Below, one piece after another: positions 38,527 to 50,100 of a DNA stretch of 64,000 nt. The position numbers and the translations under genes were made by a program. Positions within the stretch are counted from its first letter, which is position 1; every line of letters starts with the position of its first letter. Location: IMG/VR virus record IMGVR_UViG_3300028591_000073, positions 1 to 64,000 of that record. One strand, 5' to 3'. The notes under the pieces are model-generated. The model worked only from the letters and a program-made list of their open reading frames with translations, searched no databases and was not told where the DNA came from. Origin of the DNA: a virus. Its lineage: Duplodnaviria; Caudoviricetes.

Positions 38527-41097
38527 GTGATATATAAAGAGGATATAGAACTCCAGACTTTTTACACGGAGATGGATGTTCTTGAAAAATTGATTATGTT
38601 TTATGATAAACAAATCACAATGGAATCGTATCTATTTGAAAATGGATGTGAAGTGGATCCATATCATGATGCATTTATTTTTAAAGAAGATGGCGAAACT
38701 CAGCCAAATCCGACACCGCAACAGCCTGAACCAAAGCCACAGCAACCCCAACCTCAGCCACAACCAGACACTTCTTCTGCAAATAGTGCACCTGATGCAT
38801 CTGCTGAACAAAAACAACCACCTGCTGTGGTACAACAACCCGATGCCAATAATGCACTAAAACAAGATGTAAAGCAGCCTAATGCTGGAGAAAATCAACA
38901 GCCGCAAAATCAGCAACCTACCCCAGGTGAGAGACAAGCTGAAGCCGAAAATCAACAACAGCAACAAGAACAGAATGGTGAGGTTCCAAAAACGAATTGG
39001 CAGAAATTCGTTGATTTTGTAAAAAAATTGATTCATGATATTGCACAAGGAATTTCCAAATTAATGGGAAGGATTATGGATAAAACATCCGTTGCAATTG
39101 AGCAAAAGAATGAAGCTGCGATTGAAAAGGCTGGTGATGAACATCCAGATTTGATTGAGGGATTGGAAGCATTTGCAAATGAAAGTGCGAATTCCAATAG
39201 TACACCAACAGTTCAGCAAGCGGCATTTATAAAATATGCAGAACCAAATGAGATGGTCATGCAAGAGTCAGGTGACGAAGTTGTCCAAGAAGGTGTATTA
39301 GATGCCGCCAAATTTATTGTCGAAAAGATTACTGAAAAGCACATGGGAGTTATTCCCATTCCGGATACAGGAAAGGGATTCATCGGATTGATGGAGTCAC
39401 TAAGTGTGTTAAATGTCAGCAATCTTGGTGATTATGTGATGGATGGTACGAGAAACATGGATAATGAAGTTGGTGCAAAAGGCAGTTTCGCTTATGCGAC
39501 AACGAATATCAGATGGCTTGACATTATGAAGAATCTAAAGATGCATGGTGCTGAAATTGATAATCTCGGTCAATTTATCCAAGAATTATCAAAAACAAAA
39601 GATGGTACATCTACAATTCCTATGGATCAGATATTTGTGATCGGGCCACCATTAACGCTTTTTGGTCTCCCGATACCTGAACCAATTCAAAAGGTATTTG
39701 CAGGCATGTCTGATTTACTTGGTGGAAAAATTCCTGGAACAAGTGCAGTTACATCATTGCCATGGCTATGGATTATTTTGGATCTTATTACAAAAACATA
39801 TCGTAGAATGAAAGAGCCGAGCAATAATGATAATGCAGCGACAGCTGTTGTTAATGTTTGTACAAGATCATTGAAGAACATTGCTGATGTATTTTGTTCT
39901 GCAGCAGAAGCTTGTAATACCGTAATTGATCAAGCAATACAGGTAAATGGTTCTAAAGATATAGAAGAAGCAGAAAATGCTTTAAACAATCTGGACAACT
40001 TTTTCCGTGGAATGGATCAAAATGGTGAAAATACCAATCCGACAAACACGCTAATGCACGTGCTACAAACGAAAGTGTACGCTGGTGTTAACGAAAATCG
40101 ATTGTTGGGAAATTTACAAATGATAGTCAATAAAATCGATGATGCATTTTCTAAACCGGATACATTTGCAAGTAACATGGTTGATCTATTGTCAGGAACT
40201 CAGAATCTTGGAACTGTAGAGAGAACCACACAAGGTGGATTGGATTTCTCCGGTGGATTGGATTTCTCCGGTGGTGTGATGAAAACTTTAACAAATGAGA
40301 ATGGTGAGAAGATTGGTTTAAAAATTAATTCTGACAAAAAAGCAGGCGTTAAGTTAGAACAAAGACATAGTATGTGGACACGATTGGCAGTTGGATTTAT
40401 TGGCAAATCTAAACTTCTGATACCAATGATGATAGGTCTAAATACACTAACAATATGGTGCACATCCTTTGTCTCCAATGTTTTAAATGGCTTTATTCAG
40501 TCTTGGGAAGCATTTGTATCTGAAACTCGCGGTGATAAAGTAGAAATGAAACTTGTTCAGAATCAGATGGGTGAAGAAGTTCCAGTTGAAATGACACCTG
40601 AGGAGAAACAAATGATGGATAATTGGAGAGCGGATCCTAATAAAAACAAGGGTAAAGAACCACCAATCAAAACAACATTTGTTACAGTCGGAGCTGGTCA
40701 GAAGAGTACTAAGGATGCATTCAAAGACATGATGTCAAATACAGCCCAAGGTGTCCAGAATGCACGAGATGAATTAAATCAGAGAGTTAATCAAGATGAA
40801 AGTAATTTCAGAGCAAATATGGCAACGATGAAAATTGCACAAGCTGACAATGGAAATGGTCTTGTGCAACAAGATGCTGGGCAAAGATTCCGAGACACAG
40901 GTCAATATCTTAGCTCTAACGCTGGCTCTGATCTTACATCCGATATTAATCAAACAGCACAAAATATCGGTTCTCAGATTAAAACAAAAATCGACCAAGG
41001 ATTTGATCAAGAAAATAAAGCACGTGTTGATCGAATGCGGCATTCAAATGATGGCACATACGGCTTCAATATGCCATTTAACGTTCCAACTTATTAA
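38527..41097 (+). CDS. Putative internal head/ejection protein, N-terminal paralog of 36803-38506
   Basis: Cargo motif; IFKE|D, VMQE|S and VVQE|G sites; helix WQKFVDFVKKLIHDIAQGISKL; several hydrophobic segments. AAGGTG SD favours GTG 38527. Confidence 0.65.
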   Translation: MIYKEDIELQTFYTEMDVLEKLIMFYDKQITMESYLFENGCEVDPYHDAFIFKEDGETQPNPTPQQPEPKPQQPQPQPQPDTSSANSAPDASAEQKQPPAVVQQPDANNALKQDVKQPNAGENQQPQNQQPTPGERQAEAENQQQQQEQNGEVPKTNWQKFVDFVKKLIHDIAQGISKLMGRIMDKTSVAIEQKNEAAIEKAGDEHPDLIEGLEAFANESANSNSTPTVQQAAFIKYAEPNEMVMQESGDEVVQEGVLDAAKFIVEKITEKHMGVIPIPDTGKGFIGLMESLSVLNVSNLGDYVMDGTRNMDNEVGAKGSFAYATTNIRWLDIMKNLKMHGAEIDNLGQFIQELSKTKDGTSTIPMDQIFVIGPPLTLFGLPIPEPIQKVFAGMSDLLGGKIPGTSAVTSLPWLWIILDLITKTYRRMKEPSNNDNAATAVVNVCTRSLKNIADVFCSAAEACNTVIDQAIQVNGSKDIEEAENALNNLDNFFRGMDQNGENTNPTNTLMHVLQTKVYAGVNENRLLGNLQMIVNKIDDAFSKPDTFASNMVDLLSGTQNLGTVERTTQGGLDFSGGLDFSGGVMKTLTNENGEKIGLKINSDKKAGVKLEQRHSMWTRLAVGFIGKSKLLIPMMIGLNTLTIWCTSFVSNVLNGFIQSWEAFVSETRGDKVEMKLVQNQMGEEVPVEMTPEEKQMMDNWRADPNKNKGKEPPIKTTFVTVGAGQKSTKDAFKDMMSNTAQGVQNARDELNQRVNQDESNFRANMATMKIAQADNGNGLVQQDAGQRFRDTGQYLSSNAGSDLTSDINQTAQNIGSQIKTKIDQGFDQENKARVDRMRHSNDGTYGFNMPFNVPTY
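40234..40274 (+). repeat. Exact 18-bp in-frame tandem duplication (GGLDFS)x2
   Basis: ggtggattggatttctcc repeated twice, then ggtgg. Confidence 0.9.
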
Positions 41098-41108
41098 TGA
41101 TAATCGTC

Positions 41109-41133
41109 ATACAGCGGGCATTGCCCGCTGTAT
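41109..41133 (+). terminator. Hairpin ATACAGCGGGCA-T-TGCCCGCTGTAT
   Basis: 12-bp perfect arms directly after a stop codon and before the tape-measure gene. Confidence 0.7.
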
Positions 41134-41172
41134 CTATATTATAAAATATATTAAAGGAGGTGCCGATGATAT

Positions 41173-44100
41173 ATGGCAAAAAAAGGTAGTAGTTTCATTC
41201 CGAATATTCCCGGACAGATTCTTTATATTGGTAAAGAAGTTGCTAAGGATTATTTTAGTGATTATACTGAAAACATCACAACCTTTATCAATGATGCAAA
41301 GGAAGTCGGTGATCAATTAACCCAAGGAAAATCCAAAGTAGTTGATATTGTTGCTGATATCAAACAAAATGGTGGTAAGAAAGCATTAGATTGGTTCATG
41401 CAACGTTCCGATGAATCTGATGAATATGGTTTATTGAACGGAGGTAATGATTCTGATTTTGATGCTGGTTTCCAAGTTGGTGATGGTGACGGCGAACAAG
41501 AATCTCCGAGTTCGAAAATTGCGGATGAAGAAAGCATGAAAGACATTGCTCGTGGACAAGTGAATGCGATGTACCAAATTGGTGCAAAACAAGCAGAAGC
41601 ATCCATGATCAATGCTGCTGAAATCGTATCCCATATTGATGGTCGTGCAAGTGAAATTGTAACATCATTAAACAATATGAACAAATCTATCATTGGTATT
41701 GGTGAAAAGATTGATGCATTGGGTAAGTTGTTACAAACCCAAACACAAATTGAAGAAGAACAAATGAAAGCACAGAATCAATCAGCAATTGATTCAAATG
41801 GACGTGTGACACTGGGTTCATGGTTTAACCAAATGAGATCCAATGTGAAAGATGCTGCAACAAACAATATCGTTGCACAAATGTTATCGATGGGAAAAGA
41901 TGCATTAACACCAGCAGGTATCATCAGTATGTTATTGAGTGATACAAAGGATAAGAAAACTGGTAGAGTTGGAGCAGCTGTTGGTAGTGGTATTGACTTT
42001 CTTACAGAATTGATTGGTGGTAAACAAACCAATTTTTCTGAAAAGTTTGCAAATAATTCACTCAACACAATCGGAAACAGTTTCAATGATATAATTGGTA
42101 ATGCAATCTCCAATGTATTGTTGGGTGGAAATAAGAAACTCAATGATGCATTAAGTAAGATTCCATTTTTTGGTGATATGTTATCCGGAGCATTAAATAA
42201 AGGATTAACATTGAAATCCGGTACAGTTGGGGATTATAAAGCTGAAATTAAAAATGAATACACGAGAGACAAAGCTGTCTTTGATGGTATCACTAGACAA
42301 TCTATCACAGAAATCATCCCGGGTTATTTAAAGATTATTGCACAATCGATGACGGGTGTCGCATGGGATCACAAAAATGGACATGTCACACAACATGGCA
42401 GCTCCCGTAAATCTCAAGATAAAATCTTAGATGCTGTAGATAATTCAAATATTAGTGCAATGAAAAATTCTGACCATGATGCGGTTATTAATAAACATGC
42501 TGCTTATAGAGCCAGCAAAACAAATATCGATGATTCCGAATTGAAAGATAGATGGAATAAAAAACAAGATGAATTGGAAGCTGAAGCAACAAAGAATGGG
42601 GGAACCTATCAACGAGCCGCATTTGATAAGGATGCAGAAAAGCAAATGCGTAGCGAAATCCAAAATGAAAGAGCCCAACAGATTGTTGCAGAAATAAAAA
42701 TGAATACGGCTGATTTTGAATCTGCATTCAAGCTTGCTGTATTGATTGTTTATAAGGGTGATGGAATTGAAGTTCAAAGTGTTGATGAATTTAAGAAAAC
42801 ATTCAGTTGGTCGGCTGTGAAAAAGAAATGTCTCAATATTATGAAAAAATCATTGGAAGGTGCAAATGGAGCTAAGAAACGAGAGAATTTCAATTCATGG
42901 TTTAATTCATTACAAATTGCCATAATGAATCCATCTCTTGGGAAAAATCTATTTGATGATACAAGTACAATTCCTGGTCAATTCATGAATGATGTATTTA
43001 ATTCATTAAAAGCTGCAAATGAAGCTGATATGAAACGAAAAAATGATGATGCTTCCATGGGTCGTTTGAGTGAAGATTTAACAGAGGCTGACGCGATTAG
43101 ATATTTTGAAGAAGGACAATCTGTTCGTACTGCACAAACCAACAATGAACAAAGACGTGCTAAAGAACGTGAAAAATATATGCAGACGGAAGAATACAAA
43201 GAGAGACTTGAAAAATTTAATAAAGCAAATGAAAGTAAATTTACCAGAGGGACCGTAGAAGATCCAGAGAAGTGGCTTGAGGAAATGGTTACCAAGAGCA
43301 TGAAAAAAATGGAAGAGTATGTCAAAGATGAAAAAACAATAGAAAAGAGTCAACGTGAAAAGGCAGGTATTGTTCGTGAAGACATTGATGCAACAAAGAT
43401 TTCTAAAACAGAAACTGTTGGTATTAGTGCAAATTTCGAAAAAGATTTGTTTGGAAGACTAGACGGTATCATCAATGCTATTAACCATCTTAATGTGACA
43501 AATACAACAGGTGGTGGTAATATTCCTTCTATCTTAAATAACATCTATGGTCGTGGTGATGACAAAAAAGAAGGAGACGAAACTTCCAAAGAAGATGAAA
43601 TCATTTCTGATACTGCAACAAAGATGGCACAAACACAAGCCGCTGATGGTGATCTCGCAAGTGATTTACCGTTCTTAAAACGAATCACCTCTCAAATGAA
43701 AAATAAAGGATTGGGTAACAAACTGAGCCAGATGTTCACCATGTGGGGTACCAACATGAAGAATGGTATCAAGGACAAAGTACAAGGAGCTCTTAATAAA
43801 TCCCCACTTGGTAGTGCGATTTCCAAATACATTCTTCCGGCAATTGGAGTCATTGGTGCATGGATTAAAAAGAAAATAGGTGCAGCATTTAGACTTATCG
43901 GACAGAAGGTTCTCACACCAGCATTGAATCTGGTGAAAAAGGGAATGAAATCCGGTATGGATGATGTGAAAAAAGGATGGACACAAATCTGGGGTACGGA
44001 AGAAGAACGTGCAAAACGCAAGGAAGAACGTGAGAAACGTGCAGAAGCAAAGAAAGCCCAACGAGACGAGAGACGTGCACAAAAACGGGCTGAAAAAGAA

Positions 44101-47100
44101 GCAAAAGCATTATCAAAAGCTGCAGAGAAAGGCACACGTGAAGGTTCCGAAAAGGGTGCAAAAGAAGGTGTGAAAGCAGGCACAAATGGAGGGTCCGGTG
44201 GTGGAGGCTTCTTCTCGAATATTAAAAATAAATTCTTTAAAAAGAAAGGTGATTCTGAAGACGGAACCACAACAAGTGATCCAACAATTGGTGCACCTGC
44301 GTCCGGAAAAGGCGGAGCATTGGGAGGTGTGCTGAGGGCTGTAAAAGGAATCGGTAATATCTTAAAGGGTTTTGGTAAAATGATATTGACTGCAATTGCA
44401 TCATTAACTGCTGTGAAAGTCATCATGGATCTCGTTCAAAAAACATTGACAACTGCAGTTCAGCCATTAAATAAAGCATTTAAGAAGTTGACAGGAACCA
44501 TTAAGAAGCTATTAAAAGCTGTTGGCGATTCCATTAAATATGTTGCAAATTTAGTTGTTAAATTAGTTGAGTCGTTAATGCCCGTGCTAAATGTATTGGT
44601 TGATCTAGTTGGTGAGTTGTTAGGTGGAATCATAGGAGCGCTTGATCCCATTTTAAATGTACTAACAGGATTAATCGATGTGCTGGTTGGACCAATTAAC
44701 ATGATATTGGATCTTGTCATGGATGTTGTCGGACCGATTCTTACGTCAGTTGGTACGATCGTTGAATCAATCGGTGAAGTATTAACCGGGGTATTGACTC
44801 CAATTCTACAAGCTGCTGGTGCTTTAATAAGTGCATTAATGCCAATTCTCAATCCATTATTAAATCTGACGACATTAGCAATCAATTGGTTGGTGACAGA
44901 TGGACCATTAGGCAAATTCATTGATGATGCAACATGGCTCTTGACAAAGGTTGCAAATGTTCTTGGTATTCTCGCAGGAGGTATACAAGGTGCAGTTGGT
45001 GCGATCCAAATGGTCCTCGGTAAAATCTTAGAAGGTATTGGTACTGTCATAGATTTAATGCCATTTACGGGAAGTATCGGTAAGAAGATTAAACAAGCGG
45101 GAATCGACATGTTTGGTGCTTCGGAAGAAACATTTGAAGGTGCACAAGAACAGATTGATTCGTCGGTTGGCGCATTGACTGGTAAAAATAAAGAAACCAA
45201 ATCTGATGCGTCCGCTTCTGGATTAAAGGCCGATCAATCGAATGCGATTGCAACACCTATTCCATCAACTGGTGGTTCGATGGATTCTATCAATGGTTCT
45301 GGTGATACCTATAGTGAGGATCAACGGTATAATCCAATCGAAACATTTGGTCCATTCATGGAAGCGATTTGGAATGAATTGAACAAGATGCGAACTGTTC
45401 AAGAAGAAACAGTAGAACCGTCGATGGAAAATAGTAATGCATATCAAGAAATGATGTTGGGTAATGTAACCAAGCATATCAATAAACAAATGATGATGGC
45501 GTCTAAGGTATTCATTCCGATGTATGCATCATTCAAGGCAGATGTTGTTCCCACATTGGAATCGATTGAGTCATTGACAAAATTGTCGATTGGTAATGAT
45601 CAAGCTTATTACGGACAACAACTTGCTGCTGATGCATTACAATTGATCGCTGCTGGATCCACTGCTGCTGGTGCAGCTTTATTCCAAACATCAATTGGTA
45701 TGTCTGCTTCTGGTATGGCATATCAAGCTGAAGGTATTACATCGAAAGCAAATCAAGTATCGTATCTTACAACAGGACAGCCTTTCTATATTTCATCATT
45801 GTATCCGGATGCTACTGACACAACAACATCCTCTGAGATTGCAGAAGATAATACATCAGTTGCCAATGAAACTTCTAATGATCCTACTAATACTAATACT
45901 AACACAACTGTGACAATCCCAACAATACCGGTTACGACAACACCAGTGAGTGGTTATCGCGATTACTTTGGTTCTGGTGATTCACAAGGCAGATATGGAT
46001 CTTATTTGAACATGAGTCAACGTGGATGTGGTCCTGTTGCACTAGCGGATGCTGCCAACAGACGTGGTGGAAATGTAAATGCTGGTGCGTTAGCAAGTAG
46101 CATGGCATCCTCTGGTAGTTATTCTTCTTCTCGTGGTACAAGTGTTGGTGGATTTATTGATACAGCTGCATCCATGGGTATGGGATATCAGGTCGGTGGT
46201 GTGACATCACAATCTTTGAATCGTGCAACTCCAAATAACCCTGTTACACTTGTTGGTAGTGGTGCTGGATTCGGAACACGTTCTGGAAACACACACTACA
46301 TCAACGTCGTTGGTACAGACCATGCTGGTGGTGCTTATGTATCCAATCCATTAAGTGGTCGAGTAGAACGTCGTTCTGCAAATGAATTAGCATCTTCTTC
46401 TGTTGTTGGTCTATATGGTTCTGGAGATGTTCGTGGAACACATGGTACATTGTATGGTTTATATGGGAATGGTCCAACGACAACAACTACTACATTGACA
46501 AATGAAGAATTTGCCAATAGGAGCAAAGCTGTTTACAATTATATCAAATTTGACGATTCATCCACTCAATACTCTGGAACAAAATGGTGGCTGAATGGTG
46601 CTGGTGCAGGCAATTTAACAGATTCGGAGAGAGACGCGATTAATAGCCTCTATAGCATGTATAGTGCAAAAATGACAACAAGTTCTGTTGGCAAATACAA
46701 GTGGCTCGCAAATGAATGGAATGCAGCATATTTCAATGTACAATATTTGTCAAATGGAAAATTAGCGGAAAAAGATTATCAAACATTGATTCAAAAAATC
46801 AAAAATTGGATTAGACAGAATTATGTTATTAACACACTGAATATACCTTCATCCTCTTCTTCTAATGAACAAACATCATCTGTCACTAATACCACTGGAT
46901 CAAATATTGCTAATACTTCAGATGCTGATTCTGCTCGTTTGAAGTGGTGGAGTAATATGTCGGCAGATCAACGTGCAGAATGGGTAATTAGCACAATGCA
47001 AAAACAATCTTCTACATTATACAACGCTGTCAACGCCAACTTCCAAAATGAACTTGCAACATATATGCAGAAAAATCCAAACTCTACACCACCATATCCG

Positions 47101-50100
47101 ACATTAAAGAAATGGATTGCAAACCATATCAAGAATATTAATATTAACACGGTCAATTGGGCAAACCTATTCAAGACAATGGCTGGTTCTTATCTGAAAG
47201 AATATGGATTAACTAGTGTTGCAACAGATATCATCGAAGATTCCATCGATGATGCAACATCTTCTGATTATACAGGTAGCACAATTGCTGGAACAGCCAG
47301 CACTACTATCACCGCAGCTCCTGGTGGTAGTACAGGATACATTAGCACAGAACAAAAACTCTCTGCTGATTCAAATTCAAGTGTGATACCAACAATCGAA
47401 GGTGATAGCTTCTCCGAACGTATTAAGAATGCGATGAGTGGACTCACTGGTATCTTCTCGAATATTCTGAAAATGTTCTCTGCAAATGAAGATTCCGAAG
47501 TAGAAGAATCAGTGAATGAAGCAGAAGAAAAACGTGTTGAAAAAGTAATTCGTGAAGCAGTTGGTAATGAAGAATATGAACAATATGAATCACAAGCATA
47601 TCAATTGCTAGTTCAGAATAATCCAAAATATGAAACTGAAACAGATGATCATTATAATGCTAGAATTAAGGCTCTATGGGATAATGAATCCACAAAACGT
47701 AAATACTTGAATGCTGTTGCTAAGAACAATGCTAACATCATGAATGCTATGAAAGTTAATGGCATGATGGATGCATCTGAAGGTAGTATGTCTTCTATTT
47801 ATGGTGAATATGATGCCGAGACCGGTACATGGAGTGGCGGTATGTTAAATGCTGCTCTCGGCCAAGGTAGCAGTATTGTAGAATCCTCTTATAATGACCC
47901 ATACGCTGGCAAGTTTGTTTCTGATGGTGGTGCTGTCATGTGGACGGATGCATATCAGCCAACCATCTTTGATACAAACATCACTGAAGATGGTGGTGTT
48001 TCACAATCACAATCTCCCATTCATGAATTCTTCTTGAAGACAAGTGGTGCAAGTGAATCAGAATACTCATTCTCAAAGAATAATAACTGGTACACCAGAC
48101 GTTCTGATCCGGATACTAGTGGTACTGGTTCATCTGGTGATTCTCACCAGGGTGTGGATATTCTCACATATCCTGCATCGATTATGCAAGCTGGTAAGTC
48201 TGAATTACATGCAATCACAGGTGGTAAAGTAATCGACGTTCGATATGCTAATGAGGGAAATCCGAATTCCCCATATAACCAAGGTAGCGATGGTGGTTGG
48301 GGCAACTCCGTACAGTTCGAAGATGCTGCCGGATACTTCCACCGTTATGCACATATGCGTGATAAACCGACGGTCAATGTGGGTGATACCATTACGCCTG
48401 GTCAACTGCTTGGTGTGATTGGTACAACTGGTATGTCAACTGGAGAACATCTCCACTATCAAATCAATCCACCTGGACATGGTAATGAAGATGGATCATG
48501 GGTTAATCCATTAACATACTTTAAGTACCATCAACCTGCTGCATCTACGGGAACGGTACAAGGTGAAATCCCATTTGAAGGTTCACTTGAAAGTGGTAAC
48601 GTTTGGGACACTTATGCAACAAGATATGCCGATGAATGGCCAGCATTTATCCAAAAAGGTGCGGCCGCTGGTATGACTCCAGCTGAAATTGCAACAATCA
48701 TTTCCACAGGTATCTGGGAAGATGGTGCAAAAAAACTGGTTAACACAAAGAGCTTAACTGCAACAACATATGATGGATCTGGTCAACGTGCTGAAGGTAT
48801 CATGAACTGGGTTGAATCAGGTGTTGCTGGAAGTACTGTGGAAGAACAATTGAAGTATATTAAAGATAGATATTGGAGAATGACTCCAATGGATGGTAAA
48901 ACCACTTCAGGAACATATCGTGATGATATTGTGAAAGGGGGCGGTGAATCTGTCTTTAAACAAACAACTGGTAGAGCTGGGTTTACACTTAGCCCTGGTG
49001 ATCGTTATGCAGATAAATTGAATACTGATTTGATTGAAGGTTCCACATACTTCTATCAAGGCGACTTGCAACCTCCAAAAGTTTATACCACAAAAGGATT
49101 GGCAGAGAATGTTGGTACTGCTGTCGGTGTCTATAACTGGTTATTGAGAAATGGTTATGCAGTTGCGCCATCATCTTATGAAACAAATGCACAAACCAAT
49201 TATGCTGAGAATGCTTCACAAATCGGAACTGGTACTGGTGGTCCTGATGCATATTCCACATATTCCAACCAAGATACGAATATGGGTGTTATCTGGAATT
49301 ATCTGAGAAATAACTTGGGATATTCCGAAGAGGCATCTGCTGGTGTTATGGGTAACCTTTCCGCAGAAAGTGCATATTATCCGATGGCAGTCTATGTACA
49401 AGGCGGATCCGACCATTCACAACCCGATAGCTTCAACAGAGATTTGGTTGACAAATTTGATTCCACACATAGTTGGCCACTTGGTACAAATGATCCATAC
49501 GGTATTGCACAATGGCTTAGTGGTCGTCGAACAAGCATGCTATCTAAAGCCACATCTGACGGAAAGTCAATTGCTGACTTACCAATGCAATTGGAATTCA
49601 TGAAGAGCGAATTGGAAAGTAGCGAAAAGAGTGCACACTCCGCAATGCAAAATGTTGGTTCTGTACAAGCAGCTGCAGACACATGGATGAATAAATTTGA
49701 ACGTTGTAATGGTCAAGCACAATCTAAACGTCGTGAACGTGCACAACAAGCATATGATAAATTCAAGGGAACAAATGGTGGTGTGGTTGACGTAAACGGT
49801 GGTCAGTTTGATAGTACCAGCACTATTCCAACAGATCCAAAAGATTCTGTATGGGTTAATGCATTAAATAAAGTCATTCATCAAACCGACTTGGAAGGTT
49901 TACATGACTATGCACAAGTAGAACATACAATCACATTGGATGGTCAGACATTACATGGTCGACCCGATTGTACAGGCATGTTCAAATATGCAATTGATTA
50001 TCTCGGATATGATACTGGAAATGTCCAATCTAGTGCATTAGTCAGTGCATCTGATAAAAGCAATCACCCCATTAAGAAAGATAAAGAGGATTCTTCAGAC

